From Paraspadella gotoi (Eukaryota > Animalia > Chaetognatha): DNA of 64,000 nucleotides. The notes under the pieces were generated by a model that worked only from the letters and a program-made list of their open reading frames with translations, was not told where the DNA came from and did not search any database. Made by a program: the position numbers and the translations under genes. Position 1 is the first letter of the stretch. Each line of letters starts with the position of its first letter. The DNA lies in the NCBI GenBank assembly GCA_051294375.1, contig CM119265.1, positions 17,488,018 to 17,552,017 on the forward strand, written 5' to 3'. Positions 21,604-35,600 of this stretch are shown here, piece by piece.

Positions 21604-22275
21604 CAGGGTGGGACCCTATATCGAGACAAAACTTAACGCCCTGCTCTGTCTGAACGATTTGATACACAATAATAAAATTAGAGGCAACAGTTTTTTTGGG
21701 CTTTTTACTTTTATATACATTATAAAATGAAAAAAAAAATTCAAGCAACTACAAGCGTCGTGGATGTTTTCAAAACATTTAGTCGTAAGTAAAACAAAAT
21801 TTCATAAAGATTATAACGAATATGCTTAAATTGTCAAATACTTGATGTATTTCTTACCTTTTTAACGCTTTTATTATGCATTAAGAAATCTTACATAATA
21901 AATTTAATTATCTGACAATATCGTTAATAAATTTCCTGATAAAAGTAAGTTTTAATAAAAATTAAACCATAACAATAATTTACCCAAATCTTACCTGCTT
22001 ACTTTAAAATTTTTTTAACCAAAATACCATGTATACCTTGCCAGAAGCATTATTATACTACAAATAAGTACTTCCAAAAATATTTTAAACTTTTATGTAT
22101 TAGAATGAGATTTAACATTAAGTATTCAAACATTTTTCTTCAAAACCGCGCTGTGAAAACCGAGCAGCTGCATCAAAAAAGCATAATATCAAAGAATTTC
22201 AAAACAATTAATATTTCTAATAGCATTAGAATAACGATTTTTTAAATTTGGTCTCGATATAGGGTCCCACCCCTG
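21604..22275. mobile_element. MITE with Tc1/mariner-type ends
   Basis: TIR CAGGGTGGGACCCTATATCGAGAC at 21604 and GTCTCGATATAGGGTCCCACCCCTG ending 22275 followed by TA; AT-rich non-coding interior. Confidence 0.8.
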
Positions 22276-22462
22276 TATTATTACTAGCTCAAATATATTA
22301 TATTTTATAAACATATACATAAGGTGATAACTAAATTAATTTGAGAGGTTTCGTCTATAGCTAGTACAAAAACACATTTTTTTTACATCTGACTTGCTTA
22401 GAAAATTTTGACAGAGAACTAAAAGTAACAAAGAAGGCCCCAAAAATCACGGGGCAAATTTG

Positions 22463-25400
22463 TCAACACAACTTAAAATTTCTCAGTTGAACGTAACGTC
22501 CGCCGATTCCTTGATAACTCCACCCTGTCTGATTAACATAAAGCCGAAACTTCTTGAAGGGGAAATGGTTCTCTTCGGGAACGCTCAACTCTTCCACGTG
22601 ATGAATCGACAAAAAGGTAGAATCGAGGCGCTTTGCCAAAAGGTCCAACCACGTTGTCCCGTCGTCAGAACCCTGGGAAAGAAGAGGAATCACATTTGAG
22701 GCAGTTGTTGTGTCTAAGAAACGAAAAATGCAGTCAATGTCAATGGGATTCACATAAAATGTCCCTTTTAAGATAAATAAATAGATACATATTTATTATT
22801 TGAATACTGTATAATGTATAATATATAATGTATACTAAATAATGTATACTATATTGTATTCTATAATGTATAGCCATCATTATTTTCTAGACAACGGACA
22901 CGACCGTTTTGATTCATTTATTGATATTTTGATTGAAATGTTTTAATGTCTGGCGAGGGAGAGACTAACTGATCGAAAACTCGTGCTGGATTTGACCTGC
23001 AAGACGAAAGTCATCGGGTGGTCAAGTTTGTAGTAGGACTGCCAAGTCGTCATGAACGAAATGCGACGGGCGATTCTCTTCTCAATGAATTCGACCCCTA
23101 TATGTTGAGGCTCATTCAACCATCCTAAGAAGATATATTTAAATATTTTATCGTTTTTCATTAACGACGTATTAATCAATTGATTAATCTAGAGGCTCAC
23201 CATTAGTCGCTTCCACCCATCGGCTGGACCACGAATAGCTCTGCCCGCGGAAAGCAAACTTTTCTACCCAGCTTCGTCCCCAGCTGAAACAGATAATGAT
23301 AAAATTAAAATACGATGATCAATTAATTATTTAGTTTTTATGTCGATTAAATACAAATCAATAAATGAATGAAGCAATAAACCAACCGGTGCGTAACCAA
23401 TCTACCTAATAATCAAGGTATCTATGAATCAGTTAATCAACCAATCAATCAATCAAATTCTTTATTAATTCGTTCGTACTTTCTATGTAAATATAAATAA
23501 TTACATAAATCGACTCAGTAAACATTCACTAATACATTTATTTTTTTTTTACTCAATTTATGTGTTAATTTTTTACTTAATTAAACTCACCTCGACGAGG
23601 CGAAGGTCTGGTGCTTCAAAAATGGGGGACTCATCACGTAGTTATCGTCGTCGCGACTTTCTTGATCGTCGTAGAGACACAGACCAAAATCGCCAATCTC
23701 TACGCTACCAGTGACGTTGCTCAAATCGCCGCCCCAAACGGCCCCGGTAACGAGGAGGCGGTAGTGCCGGTAGGCGCCCCGGTCTTTTACTTTGAAGTGG
23801 CGCCGCGACGGCGCTTCAGAGGGCGCTGAAGTCTAGGGGCGGGGAAAGAGGTGCGAAGTGACGGATTGTCAAAAATTGGAAAAAATATGGGCAATTGGTA
23901 TTTCTTTAAAAAAGATTTTTTTACTCCACTAGAACAATTCAGAGGAGAATATAGTTTTTAAGTAGTTAAGATCATATTCGTGTAAACTAAACAAAAGTTG
24001 GATTGTTCCCAAGACATTCATTGATAAAGTTAAAGAAAGAGATAAATTTATTGAATAGAGAGTGAGAGAGATACCTGCATGTTCTCTTCGACAACGTCCA
24101 ATCGGACCCAAGAGTCACCATCTTGTGAAGCTTCAAACTCGAACCGAGTAACGTCTCTGGACTGGAAATGAAAGGCTCCAACGGTTCTGACGCCACCCGG
24201 GTAAGTAACGCTCACCCAAACTTGGCCGGTTGAAATATCGGAGCTATTAAGGGTCACCGAGCGCCACTGTCGAGACTTCTGAACCAAGGATTTTGAAATT
24301 GAACAATTTTTTGGGGGGTAAATTTAATATAATAACAAAACCTACAAAATTAAATAGCAATCTGAACAAACAAAAAAAAAAACTGTATTTCAAAATTATA
24401 TTCAACAATCGATTCCTCCCGGCCCTCCCCCGAAAAAAAAATAAATTAACCCGAAAGATTTCGGCGGCTTTTTCGATGTTGGAACTGACACTCGCTACTC
24501 CGTCGGTATTGGGACATGGGCGAATCGACTCGCACCATATTTGCGTTTTGAGCCGCCAAAGTTTGTTTTTGTTCCCTCTGTCGCCGGTTCTGCGGAGAGA
24601 GGGAGAAAGAGAGAAAGTAGTATGAGAGAGATAAAGAGAGAGCGCCTCAGACACTGATTTAACAACAATAGTATAAAATTGAAAAATTGAACTCTTATGT
24701 AGTTTCTGGTACTACAATGGGAATTCCCCTCTCTTTTCAAATCCACTGACTGATTTTGATTGATGTTTGACCATTTCAATAGCGGGAAAATTTTTTTTTT
24801 TTTTTAAGATCCAATATTTTTTAATAAAAATTTCTCTTTTTAACATTAAGGAACTCTTCAAATAATAGAATTTTCCTTTTCCAAAATTCTATTATGACAT
24901 TTATAGTCATATATTATTGGGAATTAAAAGAAAATAACGTCAGTGATTTTTGTACCAGGATACAAAACCTGAAGTCACTATTTTATCTGAAATATAGCTA
25001 CAGTATTTAATCTTTTCATTTCAGTCGCCAATGTTTGTGTATAGTGTGTCTACTGTGTACACGTAGAATCTTCAATTATGTAAGTATGCATTTATCCGTG
25101 AAGCTTATGCCTTTTGGCCGTGAAAAAAATATTTATGAGGCCGACTAACCGAGGAAGTCGTCCGTCATCGTCGGTGACGTCTTTGATGTCGATTTCCCAG
25201 TCGTTGAATTTGAATTGACTGCAAGATCGTCCCCGGTCGTGCCCTTGATCGTCGCACTGGTCACCTGGAGAATCGAAACAAGAAAAGGGGAGAAACAGAA
25301 TCACAACCCGGAAAATTGGAGAATCAGAACAAAAAAATGGGAGAATGAGAACAGGGTAAAGGGGGAATAAGTACAAGAAAATCATAATAAGGAAATTGGA

Positions 25401-25729
25401 GTGACAAAACAGAAAACTGACGAATAAAAAATATGAAAAAAAAAACACGAAAATCAAAACAAGAAAACTGAAAAATAATAATTAAAATAAGAAAATAAGA
25501 GATTGGAAAAAAAAAAACCCGGCGACTTTGAATATGGAAACGGTAGGAAATGTTAAAGAAAACGGGAGATTCAGAACTGGGAAATGGGAGAATTGGTTTA
25601 TTGGAGAGTAAATTCACTGTGACAATCTGCACACAACAAATTCTTTCACATTATGTACTTACCGCGAATACATTTAAAAAACATAAGAAATAAAGTAGTA
25701 AAAAATATTCCGTATCTGACGAACGCCAT
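22463..25729 (-). CDS. Secreted protein with two F5/8 type C (discoidin/galactose-binding-like) domains
   Basis: Eight phase-compatible exons starting with signal-like MAFVRYGIFFTTLFLMFFKCIRG (25729-25663). Motifs FEFEASQDGDSWVRL..GAYRHYRLLVTG and PQHIGVEF..PMTFVLQGSDDGTTWLDL..FKKFRLYV..YVQLRNFKLC-TGA. Confidence 0.72.
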
Positions 25730-26625
25730 GACTGACGTAGATGTCTAAAGTCCAACTATGACGTCGGATCTCAAAAATAAGTTACTGAGTGACTTTCAAG
25801 TACCGCAAAAGTTATATTTTACACGTAAACTCTGAAATATAAAAAAAGTATTTTAATGTGATTATCATATTAATTAATTGAACTATGCCAATTTATTAAA
25901 CAATGCAATTTTTTGTTAAAATTCATAAATATCTATAATTTATAGGTTCTTTATTAGCAGTTAAATTCTAACAGACATACGGTAAGTTTTAATTTAGAAA
26001 AAAAAATGACAGTCGGTATATCTGCGCTCAAGATTATCGCCGAAAGTTCCATTTCTTAAGATGTTTAATCAAGACAAACATTAATCGAGTTTCCAATTAA
26101 AATTCGGCTCGATTTTCTTCATTATACTTATTTGTAGACTTCAGCCTTGAACGCGGCTAATAGAATTAATTATACGATTTGCTTCGATAAAAAAATGTTC
26201 ATCACAAAAGGATGACTTATTCTAAACTCAGATTGTATTGAGAAGAATATCCCCTTTTATACATTCTCTCTATGATCGATCCTCAAAGATTTAAATGATA
26301 ACACCTTTGTTTTTTTTTTTCATTTCTCTTCACGCATGTAATGGAGAAAACCTAATTTTCTCATATTTACTCATCCTGTCTCCAATAAAGGAATTTCTAA
26401 ATATAGAACATCGACGTGATCAAGAGTATGACTCAGAAAAAGATAAGATCACCTTTGCTTTATAAACGTATAGTTATCGGGAAATACTTCCGTCTTTCGC
26501 AGACTGAATAAAATCTTAAACAATAAAAATAATTTCATAAAAAAAAAAAAACAATAAAAAACAATTTCACGGACAAAAAGAAAAAAAAATCGCGTGCTCT
26601 TCTTGACAAATTCAAGACGGAAAAG

Positions 26626-29600
26626 ATGATGTTAAACGTGTTAAGTTTTTTACTTTTTCTGATGTAAGTAACATTAAGTAACATTATGCTTTTCCCCCGT
26701 GGAAAATACTTCGCATAATTTAAATCATGAATCTCTATCTTACACGAAAAGGTTCTTCTCGTCGTCATTGGCGTCCGACGTCTTTCACGAAATTTTCCGT
26801 AACAAAAACAACGCTTGGCAATTCACTGACTGCAGTTTAGTGGATTACGAGGGAAAAGCCAATAGAACGAAAGATGGGGTTCCGTGTTTGAAGTGGAGCG
26901 AAGCTTACAGTGCCAACGCCAGGTTAAAGAAAATGGATCTTCGTTTAGAAACAATCACTGATGATTACCAAGTGTTTTCTATTGTTATTCTATCATTGCC
27001 AAAGATCGTCAAAAACTTGTCATTATTTTTCGTTTCCATCATCATTTATTTATTTTATTCTATATTTCCACCTTTTTAACTCATTTTCCATTTCTTTCGT
27101 CAATTCATTTTTTTAAATGAAAAATGGCGTGTTAAGACTTAATCCCTATTACAAGATAATAACATAGAAGGAACTTACAAGCTTTCAATCTCTTGATTGA
27201 AATCGAGTTTATTCACTCCCAGAGGACCTGGCTTCCTTATTATATTAATTTACCTTTTTTAGATTAACCAATTAACCAATAACCATACTACTTAGTACTT
27301 ATAGTAGTAGTATACTTATATTATATTATATCATTTAAGAATAAACCAGAATCGTTCATGCTTGACCAATCAGGATTCGGCGATTCCATTTCCTGCGGAG
27401 ATCGCCCGAGCCTCCGATCCGATTTGATTCTGGTGGCTTGATACTCCTGCGATGATATTTTTAAATTCCTCTTTCCGGTTCCAGTTTATCGCTAGGACGG
27501 AAATCTCCTTTGAAATTACATTTAGCTTATTTCTCACAACTCTTGTCATTTATGAAATTGGTACAACCAATATAAAAATTATCCATTCATTAATAAATAA
27601 GCATCTTGCCCCTGACTTTGGACAGGCTTTGGTGGTTTAAGGCCTCCATCACTCTTACAAGATAATGACATAGCAGGTCCCTGCAAGCTTTCAATCAAGA
27701 CTCTCTCACAGTCTCGTTTATTCACTCCCAGAGTACCTGGCTTCCCTATCAATGAAGTGGTATAATATTTCAAAGAATGTTTCAATTGTATGAAAAGACC
27801 ACTCCCTTAAGTATTAGATCGGGGAATACTTATTGTACTCCGCACTAGCATCAAAATACAAGGAGCTGAATTTTATGAAATTGGTAAAAATTATCCATTC
27901 ATTTAATAAATAAGCTATCTTGCCCCTGACTTTATGTTATAACCACCAAAAAGAGAGAGAAAAAAAGAAAAATAAGCAGCCTACTGATGGCTCTTGCTTT
28001 CAGGATCCGAAATCTAACTCGCCTTCTGACTCCGCACGACTTGAAGACTTCCTTCTGCCGCAACCGCGATCACGACCCTCTCGGCCCCTGGTGTTTCTCC
28101 GCCGACTCCCCCTCCTCCTCCTCCTCGTCCGTGTCCTATTGCGACCTCGGTGCCGATTGCCACCCCCACCGTCTGAAATGCAAGCGGAGTCGACTCGGCC
28201 TCGAATATCGCGGCGACAAAAACGTCACGCTGTCAGGTCGGCCATGCGCTGCATGGAAGGGACGCATGGCGGGCCTGGACGCGTCCATCGCCTTCGCCGA
28301 CAATCGATGCCGGAATCCGGATGGGGATCTCGGCGGTCCCTGGTGCTACGTGGACGAAGAGGGCGTGACCGGCGCCGATTGGGAGTCTTGCGGCGTCGAG
28401 TGGTGTCCCGGGTTTCGAATCGTGATCGATGCCCACGGGTCCACCGTCCCTGGGGCCGCTTGGGAGATGACGACCTTTGACGCGCCCAAGAGGATCGTCC
28501 GTTTCGAATTGAAGGCTGGAATCGGGCGAGGATCCGATCCGCTCCTCAGGCCTCGCAACATCGCAATCGCTGGGAGCAACAGTCCGAACTGCGATCGAGA
28601 TTTCATCGTGGTGCAGACTGTCGCCGGGAACGCGTTCAAGTCACAAATGGAGAAGCAGTTCGTCCACATTTCAGAACCCGGCCACTTCGTTTGCTACAAC
28701 GTCAGCGTGGAAGGCGTCCACAATCCCGAGGCCGCGGACCCGCACACCAGGCTCTTCAGAGATTTGGTTCTGTGGGAAAACTTGGCGGAAATGGACGAGA
28801 CGCACCTGATAGACGAGGCGCTGCTGAGAAAGGCCGATTCCATTCTGACTACGCGGAGACAACTTCCCCAAAGCGTCGTCATCGATTTTGGAAATCCCAC
28901 TTATGTTACACATTATTCCTTCAAACCCAATCGAAATGTCAGCTACAGATTAGAAGGTACTATTTCAAGTTTTTTAATGGCAATCCAAATAATTTAATTG
29001 ATTATCATTCTCGCATGATTATCACCCGATGCAAATTGTACCAGGATCCTTACGCAAAGATTGCAATAACGCAAGCAACGACTGGATGCTTCTCGACCGT
29101 CGACAAAAATCAACCACTTTCACTCCCTTCGAGACTCGATCGCACAGCATCTCCCACAATCCTCGATCCTTCAACTGCTTCCGCCTCACGTTTGAGAGCG
29201 ACCCCGCCGTCCCACGGTATCAAGACTTTCTCACCATCAAAGACCTCCGCCTCAACCAGTCCGTCGGCGAAGTGTTGGCCAACGAAATTTGCGGTCGTCG
29301 CGTCGTCCAGCAGGATGTTTTCAACGACCCCGCTTCGGGTAGGATCCTGGGCGGCGTCTCCTGTCAGCGCGGCGCTTGCCCATGGCAGGCGTCCCTGATG
29401 TCTCCCGATGCAGTCTCCTTTTGCGGCGGGAGCGTCATCGACGATCGACACGTCCTCACGGCTGCCCATTGTTTCTATCGTAATGGAGTGAAGATGAGCG
29501 ATGATAAAGTCCGTCAGACGATGGTGGTTTTAGGCAAGACGGATCTGACGGCGGCGCAAGATTCCGCGCAGACCCACGTCATCGAAGACTTCGCGTTGCA

Positions 29601-32600
29601 TCCACATTTTGATGTCGACAAATTCGTCAACGACGTCGCCGTCCTTCGCCTGAGAGACAAGATCCTTTTCAACGCTCACGTGATCCCCATCTGTCTACCC
29701 GCGTCCGACGGTGCCGATTCCAATATCACCGACGCTTGGGTCTCGGGGTGGGGGATCAGAGACGTCGTAGACGACCACTTCGTGATGCCCAACGAATTGC
29801 AAGTGGCGGTTATCGAAACCACGTCCACCGCGGAGTGCGCGGAACGGTGGAAGAAGTTTTACCAGAAGGACGACGACGACAGATGGCAATGTGCCGACGA
29901 TACCGATGACGACGACGATGATCTGACGAAGGGCTTCTTGTTTGACGGTATTTTCGACGAAGGTGAGTTAAAAATAAAGCGATAATAATGTGTGGAGATT
30001 AGATAAGATTTTAAAACTAGAAAGTAAAAGATAATCAGAGAGAGAAAATCCGTCTCAAAAAATATTCATTTTATCTATGGTTCTATTTCCTAACAGAGAA
30101 GCGTATCTGCAAGAAGATCGATGAAAACGTTATTTGCGCGGGTGGTCATCTCATCGATACCTGCAATGGTGACTCTGGTGGCCCATTAGCTGCGTTTGAT
30201 AATGGTCAGCGTTTTGTTCAGGTCGGAATAGTCAGTTGGGGTGTTGCTTGGAGCCACTGCGGAAAAGTAGGAATGCCCCCAGGAGTGTATACCAGAGTGT
30301 CTTCGCACCTTCATTGGATTCGCGAATTCATTGAAACTAAAAAAAGAGATCCTCAATTAAACGTTTGCAAAAAGTTCGAGTTCCAATGCTCAAATGGATG
30401 GTGTCTCTCGAGTGAACGAGTCTGCAATGGCATCGAGGATTGCAAGGACGGCCTTGACGAAGCCGGTTGTCACGATCCATTACACATCTGCGGAGAACCC
30501 GCTTGGAGGTTGCCTCCATCCAAGGCAAAGTTTGACCCCATCCTCGACGATCCGTGGATGGCGGTCGTTTTTGAGAAGGGTTGGGAACCTAGGTGCCCGG
30601 GGATTATCATCGACGAGCTCTTCGTTCTCACGAGTGGCAGATGCTTCTATCCATCGGAAAAACCGTCGAATTTTTTTGTTCAAACCGGAAATAGTTCGCG
30701 GATGGACGAGCCATCTCGTAGATTGGGAAGCGTCCTGGGTATAGAACGAATCTCGCATTTTAACGGATTCTCTCTTTTACGCTTGAAGTCCGCGATCAAG
30801 TTTTCCGGACGACGACGACCAATTTGTCTTTCATCCTTTGAATCGAGCGACAGGTATGATCGAAGGGCCGTCGGTTGGATTCGCGTGAAGAGACGACCTT
30901 TGAGTTTAGTGCTAATGAATGACACTGTCTGTTCAGAACGGAATCGAAGATTTGTGGGGAACATTTGCGGTGAGCCAATAGGTATTTCGCGACACCCGGG
31001 AGCATACGGAAGGGGAAATGCCATCGTAGCTTATAAGAATAGTCGCGCCTATCTCTATGGAATCGTTAACAGCGAAGAACACAAAACCGGCAGAGTTTTC
31101 AGTTATACCAAACTGACGGCAGAGGTCACAGACATGATCGCTTCTAAAATGATCAACATCACACCGACCAGATGTCCCGAAGGACTTTTCCAGTGCCCCA
31201 GCGGCGTCTGTCTCGATATGGCGAGGCTTTGCGACGGCTTCGATGACTGTAAAGGAGGCGCCGACGAGCTCGAATGCACGCCGTGGCCAAATGCCTGCCT
31301 GTCAGTAATGTGTTTCAATGGCGGAAAATGCCAAATGTCTCCCGATGGATTGCCTACTTGCATCTGTCCGCTCGGCTACGCTGGCGACCGTTGCCAGGTG
31401 GACATCGATGACTGCGTCAACGTTACCTGCCATTACCGTGCCAAATGTCGCGATGGCGTCAACGGCTCCACTTGCATCTGTCCTCCCGGAACCGAAGGTC
31501 GCTTCTGTGAGCGCGACCGCAATGAATGCGCTTCCAATCCTTGCCGCAACGGAAGATGCATAGACGGGTTCGATTCTTTCCACTGTGATTGCACCAATTC
31601 TACGTTCAAGGGAAAGTTCTGCGAAATCGAACTCACAACCTGTGAGTTTTTGAGTCCCTGCAAGAACTGGGGGGTGTGTCGCGACCTGCCGACCCGAAAC
31701 TACACCTGCGCCTGTCGCGACGGCTACGTCGGTGAAAACTGCGAGATTGATGTCGACGAATGTGCGTCCAATCCGTGTCTAAACGGCGCCACCTGTCGAA
31801 ACGAGATTGGCAAGTTTTTGTGCGATTGCCGTCTTGGGTTTAATGGCACCAAATGTGAAACGGAAATCAACGAGTGCGAAACGGAAAAAGTGATTTGTCA
31901 CAAAGGTCATTGTGTGGATGAGGTCGGAAAGTTCAGCTGCAACTGCTCCAAAGGATTCACCGGAAAATAGTAAGTAATTTATTACCTGGACCTGACGTTA
32001 CTATGGCAAAGATTTATCTTTATTATTTATTTACGTATTATTATTTTTCTGCTTTACGTATGTATTAATTTTTTTAATCTTGCTTTATTTTTAATACGTC
32101 ACTTATTACGGTACACTTTAAAAATACGACCAAATAATTTTTTTTCAAAATTTAGTTTTTATGACAAATAATGACGATTTAAAGAAATAGAAAAAGACTC
32201 GATACTAACATTACGTAATGACAACTAATTCCTGTTCGATCCTTTAACTTCATTCACCTTCTCACCCCTCGGCTCCTGTGTGTTCGCAGCTGCGCCAAAG
32301 AGATTGAATACTGCGAATTCGTATCTTGCTACCATGGATATTGCCAGGATCGACCAATCCTCCGGCCCTCTGACAAGGGCTACTCTTGCAGCTGCGACCG
32401 CGCTGCCAGAGAAAAGTATGACCAGTCCACCGACTGCAAAGTGCACCCGATGACCGGGAAGCAGGACCTCGAAGGCCCCGCTGGGGGCGTTCTGTTCGCT
32501 ATTACCGAGACGGGTCTCGACAATATCGTGGAATATTTTCGACGAAAATTTGTCAAGGAGATGGAAACCTTTAAGTTCGACAAGATGGACAACATTCGGG

Positions 32601-35600
32601 GCAGAGAATCCATCTTTGACGTGAATGAAGAATACGAGATCAGGTTAGATGTGAAGGGATGACGAGTAGAGTGGAGTCTCGAGAATTAAAAAAAAATTAT
32701 TTGACGCGAGATAGTATGACGAACCTTTAAAAAAAATATTTAGTTTATATTGTTTGGGGGAAAAGAACCGTAAAATACAAATTATTTATATAGAATGGAA
32801 AAATTTAAAAGTAATTTTTTGGAAAATTTTCATTGAAGATTCAGATTTTTCAGAAAAAGTTAAACCAAAAATATAAAACATATTATCAAAAATTCTGTCA
32901 TCTTCAACATTAAAAAGGGGAAAAAGGCGAAAATTCATCATTTTTTTTCTTGAAGTTTCGTAGTATTAACTCGTCATAAGTTTTTGGATTTACTATTATA
33001 CATGCTGAAACATTTTAATTATTTTTTATTGTCTATATAACACATTTTATAAAAAAATTTTTATTTATGATTTTATAAATAAAAAATCGAATTTGCTATA
33101 CTTCTAACAGAGGGTATACAAATGAGATTGAGGAACTCAATCTCATTTTAGATAATTCACAAATTAATCTGCTATATACTGTTATGCTAAAAATTTTTTT
33201 TAAAGGATTTAAATTTCATTAATTACATGTACAAAGGCAGCAAAAAATAACGTTCAATCGCTTTTCATCATTTAACCCTAATGACCAGGACCTTTGCGAA
33301 TAAATTTTGGTGCAAAGTAAGAAGAGAAACTTAAACAGAAAAACGAAAAGAAGGAAGAGAAGAGAAGGAAGAGAGCAACGAGAACGATCACAAAAACAAA
33401 AACAGCGACAAAAAAAAACAAACAAAAACGATAGCTATTAACAACATTAATCATACTTATATTTGTAATTCATTTTGAAATCTGCCCAATCTTCACAAAG
33501 CTTCGACGACATAGCTATCGTTCCGTCGAGTTTTGATGTCGATCCACCGAGAGTTCGCCTCACGAATCGAGAGGGTTTGGCGGTGGAGGTCGTTGCCTCT
33601 TGCACCATCATCGGAAAATGGTAAGTCCTTGGGTGTTTATCGCGGGTTAGAATGCAGCATCCGCAGAGATAGCCAACAATGTGATAAAAATACGTAATGT
33701 AATTACGTAGAAAAGTCTGTTCAAGTTTGTCCGTTTATAAAGGCAATTGATTCTTCGTTCCGACGGGCTTGAAGATTTTCGAGACGACGGTCGCATTGAA
33801 CTTCGCCTCGAACGCTTCACCGTCAAACTTAACTTCCGCATCGGCGAGGACGAGACCACCGAGTGCGATATCATCGTCGGAAGCCTCGACGCCGAGATAA
33901 AAGATTCCATGTTCGACTTTGTCTATCAATTCTTCATCGACATTTTTAAGAAGAAGATAAAGGAAGAGATACCAAGTAAGTAAAGCCTAAAGGGTCAATA
34001 TATTTTCTACATTTATCGATCTGCGATTCTTTCGATTTCTCAGAGGCCTCGTGCGGCACCATCAGCAAACGATTTGACAAACTGTCGAACATCTTCTCCC
34101 AACTTCCGAGTGGGTTTAACTTCAGCATGAAGAACGAAAATGGTCAAATCTCCAACTTTTCCGTCGACCTCACGCCGTCCAAAAGATACATTACTAGAGA
34201 CGCGATTGTTCACAACCTCGTTGGCGAAGTGAGGAATGGAGATTCCAGTTTTTTTTAATAGAAAAACAATTGAATAGTTTTTACGTTTGTAACACAGCTT
34301 CGTTCTGTGAGGGATTCCCTCAAGACATACGCGGGCGTGCCTCCGTCGCCCTTTCCGCGGATTCGTCAAGACTTTGACGTCGTCGTCGTCATCAACGAAT
34401 ATTGCATCAACCGAGTTCTTCACGTTCTGCAGCAAGAGGGTTTCGCAGATGGACGGCTGCACCTCGACGATGATAGCGGCCCGCTGCAAGCCATCTCCGT
34501 GGTCTGCGAACAGCTGGACATCTGCAGCGGGGAGGAAGATTGCTGTAAAAGTCTGTCAAACCCCAGCATTAGGTGGACTCTGCTCTCGCCGCCAGAAATC
34601 ATCATAAAAAGGGGTGGAATCAAACTGAAGATTCCGAAAGTCTCGTTGGTTGTCACTGTCTTCGTCGGCAACGAAGGAAGGAACGTGACGGTTCTTGACA
34701 ATGATTTGCTCGTTGCCGCCGACGGTACGGAAGCGGGGCCCAGGTTCCTTTAAACATTTAATATATACAGAAGGCTTCATATTAAAAAAAAATATTTTTT
34801 TCCTTTTTTTCTTTTTCCCCCCCTATTTTTTCTTATTTTCTTATTTCTTTTTTTTTTTTTGAAAAGAAAACAGAGCAACCAAATTATAATAATTTCTTAT
34901 TATAAAATAAGATGGTGTGGCGAATCCTAAATTCGCCTCCCGTATAGCTTCGTGAAACTCAGCTTGTCCCATTAGCTTGGATAGCTAAGTACTCGTTCAC
35001 CAACCGTGAGTTCCGGATTTAATCCCCTCAGTGTGATGATGCCGGCATAAACACGCCAGTAAGGTGGTCAGTGGTCACTGTAGGTGAACACCTCATACTA
35101 CTGGACCAAATTCATTGAAATTTGGTGTGAACGATCCCATTGTGAATACAAATAGAACTATCGATGCGAATTTCAATGTTTGACCCCTGAGCCGAGATAT
35201 GGTCAATTTTTTTTGGTTTTGAACAGTTGTGAAGACGTTTACTTTTCCACAAAAATATTAGTTTACCTTAATTTTCATGAACATCAGCGTTTTAAGTCAG
35301 ATTAGAAATAATTTGGGAAAATAAGAAATAAAACGATGAACCATGCATCTTCAAACAATGCTTAATTATTATAAAATTATTAATTTTAGTTCTAAAATGA
35401 TTTTTTTTTCCAATGCTCCTGATGCTACTAAATTTTTTTAGCCTTTTTTTGCCCCCCAGGGATCCAGCCCTAAGGATTGAATATCCAAATTCGCCTCGAT
35501 AGTTCAATTGATGTCGTCATATGTAAAATTTCATTAAATTCGATCGGGTAGTTTGGTGGGAACAGATACTGGTCACAAAAAACCACCTCATTTTATAATA

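Noticed and set aside
31270-31970. EGF array as a separate Notch, Delta or Crumbs gene
   Set aside because: It is in frame with the protease and LDLa domains within one exon, with no DSL, LNR, laminin G or TM domain.
34965-35040. Functional tRNA gene
   Set aside because: Degenerate B box and no convincing cloverleaf; more like a SINE head.
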